Assembly: GCF_030028105.1 (NCBI RefSeq)
Contig: NC_092397.1
Coordinates: 31,277,097 to 31,341,096 of the forward strand
DNA from: Mobula birostris
Taxonomy: Eukaryota
Reading direction: 5' to 3'
DNA: 64,000 nucleotides
The notes beneath the pieces were generated by a model that saw only the letters and a list, made by a program, of their open reading frames with translations, was not told the origin of the DNA and made no database searches. The position numbers were made by a program, and so were the translations under genes. How positions within the stretch are numbered: the first letter of the stretch is position 1; every line of letters starts with the position of its first letter. Below are positions 49,001-63,776 of this stretch, piece after piece.

Positions 49001-52000
49001 TTTTCATAGGAACTTTATATGTAGGGACAATGATGGTGAAAGGGGGAGGGAAAGACAACATTGGTAGGAGCGGCCTCAAGATCCTGGGGTGTGGTCAAAG
49101 GCATTCAAGGAAATATTAAATCAAAGAACATACAAAGAGGCGCTGGTGGTGCACAAGAGAATCAGAGATTTTCTAGGAACCAGTGAAAAGCTAAAAGTAA
49201 CAAGGAACACGCAGAGAAGTTAACTCAATAATTTGCATTAGTGCTCACAGTGGGTCACAGCAAACATCCCACAGATATCTAACGGTGATATTTCAACATT
49301 GTGCCATAATGTATAACAATTGGCATCACAAGGGAGAAACTAATGGGGCTAAAAGCAAACATTACCAGGTCCCAATGACCTGCACTGGAGGGTTTCACAG
49401 GAAGTCTGTAGAGAAAGTAGAGACATTGAAGTTTGTCAAAACTCACTGTTACAGAAAGGTCCCAGTGGAGTTGAAAACCATTGCTGAAGAAGGGTGGAAG
49501 ATAAAAAGCAGGTAACTGTAGTCCTGTTAACTTCACTTCAGGTACTGGAGTTGATAATCTATCAAGAAATAACAAATCATTTGGAAAAGTTCAATGTCTA
49601 CAGTCAGGTTCACACAGATTCCACGATGACCAAAGTTCCCATCTCAGCTTGTGGTCTGTAACCCCCTCACCACCACATTATGAAGAAGGTTATCCTCCTC
49701 CTTGTCCCATTTCTCTGCATTTGGCCCAGATACTTCAAAACCTTTTCTTTCCATCTATCTGTCCAAGTGCCTTTTTAATGTCCCTGACTCAACCATTCCC
49801 CCTAGCAGCTCATTCCATTTCCAGCCTCCAGGTCCCTCATGATTTTATACACCTCTGCAATATCAGCACTCATTCTCCAACATTACAGGGAAAATTATCC
49901 AAAACACCTTTCCACAAATCCTTTGAGATCCAGTAACATCCCCATAAATCTCCTCTGTGCTCTTTCCAGCTGAATGGTGTCTGTCATACAGCAGGGTCAC
50001 AGAAACTAAACACTATTTGCAAAATGTGGCCAAACCAACGTGTTGGACAACTGCAACATCTCATCCCAGCTTCTATATTCGGGGCCCTGAGTGAAGGCCA
50101 GTGTTCCAAAAGCCTCTTCACCACCCTGTCCATCTGGAACCTGGTCTTGGACCCTGTAACCTGGGTTGTTGAATGTTAAGTCATGTTTGACAAACACACC
50201 AGAGATTTAAGACTTTACAGGGGAAGTTGGAGAAGTGGTGTTTTTGGATTTTCGGGAGCCATTTGCCAAGGTGCCACATGTAAGGCTGGTGCACAAGACC
50301 AGAGCTCAGTACTGGGAAGGAAGTGTGTTAATACTGACTGAAGACTGGTCATCATACTGAGACAGAATAACAGGTCAGTTTCAGACTGGGATGATATAAC
50401 TAGTGGAGTGTCCCAGCGACCAGTTCTGGATTGTCAATGATTTATTATTGATATTAATGACCCGGAGGAGTGGCAGAGAGTGAGGAATCCACGGTGGCAA
50501 TGACAGGGAATGTGGTGGGGGACATGTTGTGATTGGACATTTCATCTCTTCAATGGGACATGGGAAGCTGGTGAGCAGAATACATGGTAAACGGAGTTTA
50601 ATGTGGTGAAGTGTGAAGGCATGTCGAGTGGTAGGAGGAATCAAAAGTCAAACTATTATTTATGTGGAGATAAATTATAAATGAGAGAAATAGAGAGGGG
50701 TCGAGGTGCTGAACTACACAACAAAATAGAGACAGGAGCAGTGAGTGGTTCATAAAGCCATATATGACCAAGGTTTAGAGCTGAATGGTCCATTGACATT
50801 TACTGCTGGGGTGTTGGTGCAGAGAAACAGAGAAGTGTTGTTACTGTGACAGACAAGTGCACAATGATGGATTTTGGGAAGTTAAAGCAGGTCAGGACAT
50901 ACCCAGTGAATGGAGGGTCCTGAGGAGTGTTGATGAAAGAGAAACCTGGGGCACAGGTACCGTACTCCCTGAAAGTGGCAACACAGGCAGACAAGGTGGT
51001 GAAGAAGGAGCACAACATGCTTGTCTTCATTGGCAAAGGCTCTGAGAGGAGTTGGGACATCACATTACAGTTGTACAAATCAATAATGACACCACACCAG
51101 GAGTACCCTGTGCAGTTCTGGTTACATGAGAGGAAGGATGTGATTAAGCTGGAAAGGTGCAGAAACAATTCACAGGAATGTTACCTGCTCTGGGGGCTTG
51201 AGTTACAAGGAAATATCAGACTGACTGGGACTGTTTTCCCTGGAGTGAAGGAGACTGAGGGGGAGACCTGACAGAAGATTATAGAACTATGAGAGGTGTA
51301 AACAAGGTAAACAGGCAAGATCATTTTGCCAGGGTAGAAATATCAAATATGAGAAGGCGCAGCTTTAAAATGCCAGGGTGAGAATTTAAAGGTGGACATT
51401 AGGACAGGTAAGATTTCTGTTTCTGTACAGAGAGTGGTGAGGGCCGGGTATGGGCTGCCATGGGGAGTGGTGGAAGCAGATATGATAATGACATTTAACA
51501 GGGTTTTAGATAACCAAATGAATATTCAGAGAATTGAAGCACATGAATTATAAGCAGGCAGAAGAGACTTAGTTTCATTTGGCATCGTGTTCAGCACAGA
51601 CATCATGGGAAGAAGGGTCTGTTCCTGTGCTGTACTGTTCTGTGTTCTCGGTGAGCCTCAGTGACAGGGGAGTCTTTAGCCGGGGTCACAGACAAGTGTA
51701 TCTGTGGCAAGGAGAGAGACTGCACGATGGTGCATTGCCTCCCTGGTACCAGGGCCAAGGATGGAATTGAACAAGTACAGGCCATTCTGAAAGGGCAGGG
51801 TGAGCAGCCAGAGGTCGTGGTCCATATTGACACCAACAAAAGAGAAAAGTCCTGCAAGGAGAACTCAGGGAGTTGGGGAAAAAGTTAAGTGGAAACTCTG
51901 TGGTCGGGGGGGGGGGGTGGAAATCCCAGTGCCACCTGCTAGCGAGGGAAGAAATAAAAGTGTGATACAGTTATATGTGTGGTTCACGAGCTGGTGCAGG

Positions 52001-55000
52001 ATGGAGGGTTTTAGTTACATGGATCATTGGGCTCTCCTTCAGGACAGGTGATGGGAAGAGTAAGATGTCAGCAACTGGCATTGACGGATGTGGATTAACA
52101 CAGGAAGTAAGTCCAAATGGATAAATTACAGTGTCTCAGTAGCATTACAAGTGCACAGATATACAAATATCAGAAGAGAAGCAAGAGAAAGAATAAAAAG
52201 TCAGTTACCTCCAACAGTCTAACATGGGGGTGGGGTGGGGTGGGGGGGGGGGGTCATCACTTCCCCGGCTATAGGTTGACTCATTATTGACCCTGACAGC
52301 CCAGTGTAAGAATGACTTCATACAGCGCTCCTTGGAGCAGCAGAGTTGTCTTATTCTGTTACAGAAGGTGCTCCTCTGTTCAGTCAAGGTGGCATGCAGA
52401 GGGTGAGAAACATTGTCCAGGATTGCCAGGATTTTCCGTAGGGTCCTTTGTTTTACCACGGCCCCCAGTGTGTCCAGTTTGACTCCTATAACAGAACCAG
52501 CCTTTCCAATCAGTTTATTGAGTCAGATGGCATCACCCGTGTTGGTGCCATTGGCCCAGTACACCACTGTGAAGTTAGGCCGAGTTACTGAGCACAGTGG
52601 CACTGAGGGCCTGAAGTGTGTTTATATCAGTGCAGTGTAGAACGGTTACGGCAGACGTACTTAGAGCCTGGATTAGTACATGGCACGGTGATCCAGCCAT
52701 TACAGAGATCTGGCTGAGAGAAGGGCAGCACTGACAGATAAACATTCCAGGATTCAGATGATTCAGACAGTCCAGAGGGAGGTGAATGAGGTTCGGGCTC
52801 TGTACTGCTGATCAGGCAGAATGTCACAAGGTCAAGGTCATCCCAGAGGCTCATCCAGTAAGACAATGTGGGTAGAAATCAGGAATAAGAAAGGTGCAAT
52901 CACCATGATGGGATTATACTGTCGGCCTCCCAATAGCCAGTAAGAGACAGAAACAGATATGTTAGCAGGCTATGGGATGATGCAAAAACTGCAGAGTAGA
53001 TTTGGTGAGTGAATATCTCCTCAGAGTAACTGGGACTCCGTTACACCCTGAGGCTTGGATGGGGCATTATTTGTGTTCAGGAAGGTTTCCTGAAACAATA
53101 TGTCGTCCACCAGGGAGGGCGACATTCTTGACTTCACCTTGGGAAATATGGGACTCAGCAGAGTGGTGGCAGGAACAACCAGTGTTCAAAGAGGAATTAG
53201 ACAGGTCCTTCAGGGGAAATGACCTGCACAGCTGTGGGGACAGAGTGGGGAATGGGATTGTGGAAATGTTGTAGCAGGAGTTGGTATTAACTTGATGGGT
53301 CAAATAGTCTCGACGATCACAGAATGATTCTCTGCCCAATAATAGTCTGAAAGGATCATTCTGGTCGCCAGTGAATCTTCCAAGCTCCAGGATGGACAAG
53401 ATCAATTGTGTAATAAGGACACACATCTGTTGAAACACTGACACTATATATCAAGCACACTGAGCTGCCAGAGCACAGCACCGGCCAGTGAGGACACAGA
53501 CCAGTACAACACCCGGCTCTCTACTACAAAGTTCAAAGCTGAAAATAAATGTACTATCAAAATACATTTCTGTCACCATATACAACCCTGAGGTTAGTTT
53601 TCTTGTGGGCATACTGCTGGTTTGTTAGAGCAGTTGGGGAGGGTTGAAACTAATTTGGCAGGGGCGTGGGAACAGGCATGAAAAGACTCAGGGTAGGACA
53701 GATGGTAAAGAAAGCAAAGATCGCATGCAGTCACACTGTCAGGAAGGGCAGGCAGGTGATAAGACATAACTGCAGCCAGCAGGGTGAGTATCAGTGCATG
53801 AGGGATGCAGAATCAATAAGGGTAGCAAATACAGTACTCAAACTGTTATATCTCAATACGCAGAGTATAAGAAATAAGGTGGATAATCTTATTGCCCTAT
53901 TATGGATTGTTGTGACCATCACTGAATCACGGCTGAAGAATGTTTGTAGTTGGGAGCTAAGTGCCCAAGGTTACACGTATCAGAGGGACAGGAAGGTAGG
54001 CAATGGGGATGGAATGGCTCTGCTGATAAAGAATGGTAACAAATCAGTAGAAAGATGTGACAAAGGATCGGAAGATGTTGAATCCTTGTGAGTTGAGGTA
54101 AAAACCTGCAAGTGTAAAAAGGACGTTGATGGCAGTTGTACACAGGCCTACAACAGTTGCTGGGATGTGGGCCACAGATTACAACAGGAAATAGAAAAGG
54201 CAGGTCAAAAGGGGAATGTTATTTGAGATTTCATGGGAGTCAGGGGAGATTTTAACATGCAGGTTGATTGGGAAAATCAGGTTGGAAATAGATCTCAAGA
54301 GAGTGAGTTTGCTGAATGCTGAACAGATGGCTTTTTGGAGCAGTTTGTCATTGAGGTACTAGCGGATCACCTATACTGGATTATGTGTTATTGAATAAAC
54401 TGGAGGTGATTTGGGAGCTTAAGGTAAAAGAACCCTTAGGAGGCAGTGGTCTCAGTATCACTGAGTTCAACTTGAAATTGGACAGGGAGAATGTACAGTC
54501 TGACACAGCAGTGTTTCAGTGGAGTTAAGGTAGTTACAGTGGTTTGAGAGAGGAGTTGGCTAAAGTAAATTGGAAGGAAATGCTGGCAGGGATGGCAGCA
54601 GAGCAGCAATGGTGTGAGTTTCTGGGGAAAATGAGGAAGGTGTAGGATAAATGTATTCCAGAAACAAACAAATACTCAAATGGCAAAATAGTACAACCGT
54701 GGCTGACAAGGAAGTCAATGCTAATGTAAAACCAAAAGGGAGGACATACAACAAGCAAAAATTATTCAGAATACAGAGGATCGGGAAGCTTTAACAGCTG
54801 ACAGAGAGCAACCTAAAGAGGGAAGAGATGAAACATGCAAGCAAGCTGGCAAACATGATCAAAATGGATAGTTTTAGCTTTTTCAAGTACGTAAAAATAA
54901 AAGAGAGGTGAGACTGGGTAAAGGACTGCTAGAAAATGAGGCCAGAGGAATAATAACGGCGGGGGTTGGGGGGGATACAAGGAAATGGCAGATGAACTAA

Positions 55001-57636
55001 ATGAGTATTTTGTATCAGTGGAAGATACTAGCAGTGTGCCAGGTGCTGAAGGGTGTGAGGGAAGAGAAGAGCAGTTATTATTACAAGGGAAAAGGTGCTC
55101 AAAAAGCTGAAAGACCTGAGGGTTGATAAGTCACCCGGACCAGATGAACTGTACCCCAGGGTTCTGAAAGAGGTAACGCTCCTGACTGACCGTGTGAAGG
55201 AAATGGAGCTGGAGATGGACAGACCCAGAGTTTCCAGGATGCTGAGACCAGAGATTCAGTGGGTTGGTCAAACCTGAGGTCAGGCTGCAAATAGTTTGGT
55301 CGCGACCACGACTGGAAAGGGGAAGAGACAGACAGTGCAATGTCTCCCTGTGGCTGTGACCCTCGGTAACAAGTACACTCATTTGGATACCCCTGGGAGG
55401 ATGATGAACCAGAGCACAGCAGCCCGTCAGGTCGGTGGTACTGACACCCCGGTCCGATGCTCCGCGGGAGGAAAGGTCAATCACAGCAGTGATGACAGCA
55501 GACTCACAGTACAGGGGATGTGCAGGAGATTCTGTGGCCGCAACAGAGATGACACGATGGTGTGTCCCCTCCTGGGTACCAGGGTCAGGCACGTCTCAGA
55601 TGTGCAGAATTACCAAAAGATAAACTTGCTGGTTGAGCCGGTGGCAAGGAAGAGCCAAATGCAATGTTAGCATTCATTTAGAGAGGAGTACAATACAAAA
55701 GCAAGGATGTAATGCTGAAGATTGATAAGGCATTGGTCTGCTCACACTTGGAGTATTGTCAACTGTTTTGTGCCCCTTATCTAAAAAAGTACGTGCTCGC
55801 ATAGGAGAGGGTCCAGAGGAGGTTCACAAGAATGATCCTGGCAATAAAAGGGTTAATGCACAAGGATTGTTTGATGGCTCTGGGCCTGTACTCAATGGAC
55901 TTTAGAAGAATGAGGGAATCTTGTTGAAACCGATCAAATATCGAAAGGCCTGGGATGGAGTGGGCAGTCTAGGACCACAGGACACAGCGTCAGAATACTA
56001 GGACACCCTGTTAGAACAAAGATGAGGAGTAATTTCCTCAGTAAAGGTAGTGAATCTGTGAAGCCTATGTCAGGATGTTGTTCATTGACTAGAGCTCAGT
56101 GTTTAACACCATCATTCCCACAGTCCTGATTACTAAACTACAGAACCTGGTCCCTCTGCAGTTGGATCCTTGACTTCCTAACCGGGAGACCACAATCTGT
56201 GCAGACTGGTGATAATCAGAATGTGTGGATTAATGGAGTCGGGCTAACCCCTATTGACATCAATGGATCCGGGGTTAAGAGGGTAAACAGCTTTAAGTTC
56301 CTCGGCATCAATATTACTGAGCTCACATGGTCTATACATACAGGCTGTGTGGTGAAAAAGGCACAACAGCGTCACTTTCACCTCAGACAGTTGAGGAAGT
56401 TTGCTATGGGCCCCCAAATCCTAAGGACTTTCTACAGGGGCACCATTGAGAGCATCCTGACTGGCTGCATCACTGCCTGATATGGGAACTGTACCTCCCT
56501 TAATCGCAGGACTCTGCAGAGAGTGGTGTGGACAGGCCAGCACATCTGTAGTTGTGAACTTCCCATGATTCAAGACATTTACAAAGACAGGTGTGAGAAA
56601 AGAGCCTGAAGGATCACTGGGGACCTGAGTCACCCCAACCACAATCTATTCCAGCTGCAACCATCCAGGAAATGGTACCGCAGCATAAAAGCCAGAACCA
56701 ACAGGCTCCGGGACAGCTTCTTCCACCAGCCTATCAGACTGATTAACTCACACTGATTTGAGGGCATTTCTATGTTACATTGACTGTTCTATTTATTATC
56801 AATGATTATAAATCACTATGATTGCACATTTAGACAGAGACATAACGTAAAGATTTTTACTGCTCATGTACGTGAAGGATGTAAGAAATAAAGTCAATTC
56901 AAGTTCAAATTAATATCTTCTCTTCGCTGATGATCAACACTGGCCCTGGTGCACCTCAGGGATGTGTGCTTAGCCGACTGCTCTACTCCCTCTATAACCA
57001 TGACCGTGTGACTATAGCTCAAAAGCCAACTACAAATCTGCTGTTGGTAGAATTTCAGATGGAGAGGACAGGGCATACAGGAGTAAGATTTACCAGCTGG
57101 CTGAGTGGTATCACAGCAACAACCTTGTGTTTAATGTCAGTAAAACAAAAGAGCTGATTGAAGGAAGGGTGCGATGAGGGAACATGAACCAATTCTCAGA
57201 GAAGGATCAGAAGTGGAGAGAGTGAACAATTTCAAATTCCTGGGTGTCAACATCTCTGAGGATCTAACCTGGTCCCAACATATTGATGCAGCTACAGTAT
57301 AAAAAAGGCAAGACAGTGGATATATTTTATCAGGAGTTTGAAGATATTTGGTCTGTCACTTTAAAACACTCAAAAACTTCTATAGATGTATTCTATATAC
57401 TGTATATTATTTAAACTATATTATTTGTTTTTGCACTGTTTTTAATCTACATAATATATGTATCCCTATACACACATACTGATTTATTTATTCTTTCTAT
57501 ATTATCATGTACTGCATTAAACTGCTGCTGCTAAATTAACAAATTTCATGACACCTGCCGGTGGTAATGAACTTAATTCTGGTTCTGACTCTGAATTCAT
57601 CCCCACAGACGGCTGTGGCCAATTCATTGGGGATAC

Positions 57637-58210
57637 TGCATCATCACTGCCTGGTTCGGAAATTGCACCGTCTTGGATCGCAAGACCCTGCAGCGGATAG
57701 TGAGGACAGCTGAGATCATCATCGGGGTCTCTCTTCCCACCATTACAGACATTTACACCACACGCTGCACCCGTAAAGCCAACAGCATTGTGAAGGACCC
57801 CACACACCCCTCATACAAACCCTTCTCCCTCCTGCCATCTGGCAAAAGGTACCGATGCATTCGAGCTGTCACGACCAGACTGGGTAACAGTTTCTTCCCC
57901 CAAGCCATCCGACTCCTTAATACCCAGAGTCTAGACTGACAGCTACATCATTATTATATTGTAATTTGTCCTGTACTGTGGCTATTGCTTTGTTTATTAT
58001 TTATTGTACTGCCCTGCACTGTTTTGTGCACTTTGTGTAGGTCCGTAGTCCAGTGTAGTTTCTGCGTCGCCTTTTCTTATCTCACTTAGTCTAGTGTAGT
58101 TTTGTGTTGTTTCATGTAGCACCATGGTCCTGGAGGAATGTTGTTTTGTTTTTACTGCGTACTGCACCAGCAGCTTATTGTTGAAATGACAATAAAAAGT
58201 GACATGACTG
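57637..58210 (+). mobile_element. Rex1/L2-type LINE 3' end inserted only in the right arm
   Basis: CIITAWFGNC..RKTLQRIVRTAE..LPSGKRYR..SFFPQAIRLLN; splits a sequence that is contiguous at ~2150-2170 in the left arm. Confidence 0.8.
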
Positions 58211-60469
58211 TATTTAATGTGGAGGTTCTTGATTCTTGGTGGGGGTAGGAAGAGGATTTGAGAGGGTTAAGAGATCTGTCATGATCGTTGATCCCTGGCA
58301 GAATGGTGCAGCAAACTGCATGGGGCCAAATGGCCTAATTCTTCTCCTGTACTTCATGGTCTGATGGTCTCGCAGCAGTCGCAGGACATTTCAAATGGAA
58401 GGCTGAGCAGCCAGACATGGTGGTGGACGGTGCATGTTAGTAATAGCAATGTAGGGAGGAGGCGGGATGTGCCCTGTGCAGTAAATATAGAGAAAGAAGA
58501 GAGAAACTAAAATTACTAAGCTTCATATTACCGCCAGTGACACTTGTTAGTGCAGAGAGATACAGGAAGATACCACTGATGAATGTGTGGCTGAGAATCT
58601 GGTGCAGGGGACAGTTTCATGGATTAATGGAATCATCTGGAGATGGGTAGGCACAAACTGTTCACTCCCCAGGGTCTTCTAGGGAAGGAACAGTTTTCTC
58701 ACTCTGAAAACTGAAGGGAGTAGTTTTGGCGTGAGAGATCGGAGGTTTAAAGGGGATCTGAAAGGTGAGTTGATGGAGGTGGATAAAGTTATGTGAGGCA
58801 TATAAAGGTTAGAGAGACAGAGACTGTTTTCCGACTAAAACTGTCTAAAACTGAAGGGAATGGATTTCAGGTGAGAGGGAGGAGGTTTAAAGGTGATCTG
58901 AGGGTAAATATTTCGCATGGAGAATTGAATTGACCTTATTTCTTACATCCTTCACATGTATCAGGAGTAAAAATCTTTACATCATGTCTCCATCTAACTA
59001 TGCAATCACAGTAATTTATTATAAATGGAACAGTCAATGTAACAGAGAATAGCTGCTATCCCAAATGAGCCGCCAGAGGAAGTAGTGGAGGCAGAAACAC
59101 ACAAAGTCTCTGTTCATGAACATTTCTCAGGAACCTGTCATTCACTGTGTACATCCTGCCCTGGTTAAACTTCCCAGTGCTGGGTCCATTGTTGTTTTCC
59201 ATCTGTATTAATGATCTGGATGAGAATGTATTAAACTGGATCAGCAAATTTACAGATGACACCAAGATTAAGGGTGCCGAGGACAGCGAGGAAGGATTGC
59301 TAATCTTGACATGGGATGTGGACCAGCTGGGAAAATGGCAGATGGAATTTAATACACACAAGTATGCGGTGTGTGCAACTAAGTTGAATGGGAGAAATGT
59401 GTGGTTTAAAGAGGATCTGAGGAAAACTGTCCTCGCTCCCCAGGAGGTTACAATCTGGAACACTCTGCCTGAGGAGGTGGTGCAGGCTGGTATTTAAGGA
59501 CCATCTGGATGAGCATTTGAATCACCAAGGCAGGGTAGGAGACAGACCAAGTGCTGAGTTAGTGGAGACAGATTCTTGATGGTCAGTATGGACATGCAGA
59601 AACCACTGACTGTGAAAGTGCAGTGGGAACCTGGAACACAGAGCTTCAGGATGGACTCAGCTAAAATATTCAGAACCCAGTACGATGGATTTTTGTTGTA
59701 CAAAGGTATTAATGGTCAAGTACTGAACAAACCCCCTTAAAAGGCTACCAAAATGCTCCCATTTCCTGGGCACCAGTTACAATACTTTGAAATAGGAATT
59801 TGGTGAAGTACTCTGGGTGATATTAGGACAGATGGCTGACAGCTTGGTCACGGTAGGAGGGTGCAAATGTCTTCTCAGAGGATAAGGGGTTCAGTGGAAC
59901 AAGCTCACAGCTGAGAATGAAGGTGACAAACCTCACTGCTGTGGAGGACTGCTGTGGTCAGGATTGTACAGGATAGAAACTGACCCTCCGGCCCATCACA
60001 TTTATGCTCTCCATCATGCACAGCTATACTAATCCCACTTTCCTGCATTAGTTTCATATCCCTCTGGGCCTTGCTCACTGAAGCCCCTGTGCATGTGCCT
60101 CTAATATTGTTACACAGTTCCCTGTACGTGGCATCACAGGTAGACAGGGTTGTGTGTTCTACTTGCCTTGTCAGCCAAAGAACTGCCTCTCATTAGAGCA
60201 GGACAAAACTGTTTAAAGACAGATTCAAAGGGGATCTGAGGGGTAAATATTTCACACAGAGAATAACTGGCATCCGGAATTAACTCCCAAAACAGAATCA
60301 CTGGTTTATACAGAAATGAAACAGTCCCTTCGGTACAACTCATCCCCGCCGACCAAGATGTCGACCTGAACTCGGCCCATCTGCCTGCATTAGGCCCGTA
60401 TCCCTCTCAACCTTTCCCATCCATGTGACTGTGCAAATATGTTTTAAATATTGTACCTGAGGCAGAGAG

Positions 60470-60800
60470 CCGGTGCAGTGAGGCGCTGACAGACACTCAC
60501 TGTTCCGCGGGTAGGAAGAGGATCCCACAGCGGAGCCGAAACGATCGAGCCCACGTCGCCATAGTCCTGACGCCACCAGCCGGAATTTACCGTTCCCCAG
60601 GAAACGACGGAGGTGGGACATCTGTGACGTCATTCGTCACGGATTGGTTGTCTCTGTGTGTCACGTGACGGAGAGTGCACTGCCCGGGAGGCGGGGCAGA
60701 GGGAGCTGTCAATCAGTGGAGCCGCTGAAAAACTTGCCACCATTGTAAATAGAGTGGGTGCAGACGGAGATTTCCGGGATCGGTGACTCCCTCCCCACCC
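60470..60800 (-). promoter_or_regulatory. CpG-island promoter: CRE TGACGTCA (60625), CCAAT (60643), GTCACGTGAC (60660), GC box; candidate first exon on - strand
   Basis: CpG-dense non-repeat DNA with clustered motifs; - strand ATG at 60562 and donor GTGAGT at 60500-60495. Confidence 0.6.
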
Positions 60801-61249
60801 ACGGGAATTGAGTGTGTTAGAGACAGTAATATTCATATTTTAATATGACTCTGCGGCATTATACATATTTAATGTTTGTATTTTGCATATTTTTGTTGGA
60901 TAATCTTTTATAATTTGGGGTAAAAACCTTGTAACTAGATCACTGAAAAATTCATGAAGAAAGAGCGTCACGGAAAAATATTGTCAAAGCCAAAATTTTA
61001 ACCCAAAGTAAGTTGTCCTCATGGTACGAAAATATCACCATCTAGTTCAAAGTAAAATCTATTCTCACAGTAGATTCATGTCACCACATACAACCCTGAG
61101 ATTCTTTCCTGCGGCAATTCTTAGCAAATCAATATAACTTCCTGTGAACTGTAAATATGAGGAATTATAAACTGTAAACAAACAGTGAAAATTCAGAAAA
61201 AAAAGCAATAAATAATGAGCATGAAATAACCATGTAACAGAGTCCTGAA

Positions 61250-62340
61250 AAGAGTCCTGACGTGAGTGTATCTATCCCCTTTTGTTCAAGTCCCTGATGG
61301 TTGAGGGGTAGTGACTGTTCTTGAACCTGGTGGAGCGTGTACTGAGGCACCTGTACCTTCTGCCTGATGGCAGCAGTGAGAAAAGAGCATTGCCTGTGTG
61401 GTGAGGATCTTTGATGATGGATGTTGCTTCCCTATGGCTATGTTTCATGTAGATGTGCTCAGTGGTTATGAATGTTTTACCCGTGATGTAGCTGGGCTGA
61501 ATCCACTAGCTTTGTAGGAATTTCCACTCAAAGACATTGGTGTTCCTATACCAGTTCATAATGCTGCCAGTCAGCACACCTACCATCAGACATTTATAGA
61601 AGTTTGACAAAGTTTTCAATGGCATGCTGAATCTCTGAGATTCCTGAGGAAGTAGAAAAGCTGTCATGCCTTGTTCACAGTAATATTTATATGATGGGTC
61701 CAGGACCGGTCCTCTGAGAGAGTGACACACAGGAATTTAAAGTTACTGACTCTCTCCACTTTTGATCGTACTTTGATTACTGGCTCATGTACCTCCAGAT
61801 CCCCTGCTGAAGTCAACAATCTGTCCCTTGGTCTCACTGACATTGATTGAGAGGTTGTTGTTATTATGCCACTCAACCAAGTTTTCTGTCACCCTACTGC
61901 ATGCCAATTCATCGCCACCTTTGATACAGCCCACAACAGTGGTGTCATCAGCAAACTTGTATACGGTGTTGGAGCTGTACTCAGCCACACAGTCATAGGT
62001 GTAAAGCGAGTAGAGCTGGGGGCTAAGCACACTTCCCTATGGTGCTCCTGTGCTGATAGAGATTGTGGAGGAGACGTTTTTGCCAATCTGAACTGGCTGG
62101 GGTCTGCACCTGAGGAAATCCAGGATCCAATTTCACATGGGAGTATTGAGGCCCAGGACTGGGAGTTTACTGATTAGTTTTGAGGGGATGATGGTGTTGA
62201 GTGCTGAGCTGTAATCAATAAAGGGCATTCAGATGTTTGCATCTTTGCTGAAAAGATGTTCCAGAGTTGTGTGAAGAGCCAACGAGACAGCATCTGCTGT
62301 TGCTTCAGTAGGGGAATTGGAGAGGATACAAGTCATCATT
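61250..62340 (-). mobile_element. Decayed Rex1/L2-type LINE RT region
   Basis: LSPQLYSLYTYDCVA..YKFADDTTVVGCI, VERVSNFKFL motifs. Confidence 0.8.
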
Positions 62341-62460
62341 CAGACAAGAGCTGATATGCGAATTCTTGGTTCCATCCCTCCCGCTTCTGTCTTCTCCTAT
62401 CATTTTAGATCCCCCCTCCCCCTCCCACTTTCAAACCTCTTACTAGTTCTTCTTTCAGTT

Positions 62461-62496
62461 AGTCCTGTCGAAGGGTCTCGGCCCGAAACGTCGACT
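62461..62496 (+). ncRNA. Hammerhead-ribozyme-like motif (one core substitution)
   Basis: AGTC-CTGTCGA-A-GGGTC(TC)GGCCC-GAAACGTC-GACT; CTGTCGA deviates from CTGANGA. Confidence 0.5.
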
Positions 62497-62562
62497 GTAC
62501 CTTTTCCTAGAGATGCTGCCTGGCCTGCTGCGTTCACCAGCAACTTTGATGTGTGTTGCTTA

Positions 62563-62870
62563 AAAATGAGTCCCGGCTTTTCGAAGGTTAAGTCCCGGCT
62601 CTATGTTGATGTTCGGTCCCGAGTCTGTCTCTGATCTCCAAGAACCCAAGCCTCGACGATCCCGCAGCCAAGCTCAAGAGGAAAGGCCCCAGCTTGTCTC
62701 CTAGTCCATGGTTTCTAGCCCTGGTCCCGCTTTCCCCAGCCCACGTCTGCGTTTTTGTCCCTGTTCCTGGTCTGAATCCTGTCACGTCCCTACTCTAGTC
62801 AAATCCTGTTCCTTGTACTTCAATGTCTGTGTCTCGCATTTGGGTCCGTTCCCAGCACCCCTTTGTGACA
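62563..62870 (+). mobile_element. Possible partial LTR
   Basis: Short internal repeats (AGTCCCGGCT twice) and ending GCATTTGGGTCC..TGTGACA, like fish LTR 3' ends; no TSD found. Confidence 0.3.
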
Positions 62871-63031
62871 GTTCTAACACCCCGGTTACCTCTATTTTCA
62901 TCAGGAAACAGAGATATTATCTTATTTTAACCCAATAAAGCCTTCTCACAGTTTCTTATCTTAACGATTGGCACATCTCCTCCTCTTCAGGTTTGAGCAC
63001 ATTCTATACTCCCTAAAGCAGATTTCAACTC

Positions 63032-63205
63032 TGCAGTTAATTTCAAACGAGAAAACGTGCGGATACTGGATATCCAAACAACACATACACAATGCTGGAG
63101 GAACTCAGGTCTGATGAACGGTCTCGGTCCGAAATGTCGACTGAACTCTTTTCCATAGTTGCCGTTGCGTTTCTCTAGCATTTCGTGTGTTGTTGCAGTT
63201 AATTT
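63032..63205. mobile_element. Fold-back Penelope-derived repeat with hammerhead-like core and 12-bp flanking direct repeat TGCAGTTAATTT
   Basis: CTGATGA 63111-63117, GAAATGTC 63131-63138; direct repeats 63032-63043 and 63194-63205. Confidence 0.75.
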
Positions 63206-63776
63206 AATGGGATTGATGAAAGAAGGCTGTTCCGGGTCAAATTTAAACATTACCTTGAAGTCTTTTTTCCTTCCAAATTATCCAGCCTTTCCTAACAAAT
63301 CACTTGAAATTATTCCAGATCCAGATTCCAGATGTAAATTCAACTTCATTCCAACCTCCTCCCGCATTCACCAGAACCCTCAGTTTCCGGATCTTTTTCC
63401 AGACGGAGGGCCCCTCCTGAACCTACATTATTTCCCACAATCCCCACACATTCACTGCCAGCGCCACCAACCGCTACTGCTCCTGAGCCAGTCAACAGCT
63501 CGAACCCTCTTCTTGGTTCTGCTGTCATTCAGGTCCAGGGGTGGGGCAACGCAGCGTTTACGTACATGCTGCAATGACGTCACAAACATTAAGCTAACCT
63601 TCCTCCAGTGCACTTTTTGAGCGTCTGGTCGGAGGGTCCGGGGCTGCGGGAGGGGCAGGGTGACTTTAAACCCGTCGGTAAACACGGCCACATGGTTTGG
63701 TTCTCACCAAAGTGTTTCAACTGTACCTTTGCCTGTCTTCTCCACACAGTCACCCAGGGAATCTGACAGAGTCGCC

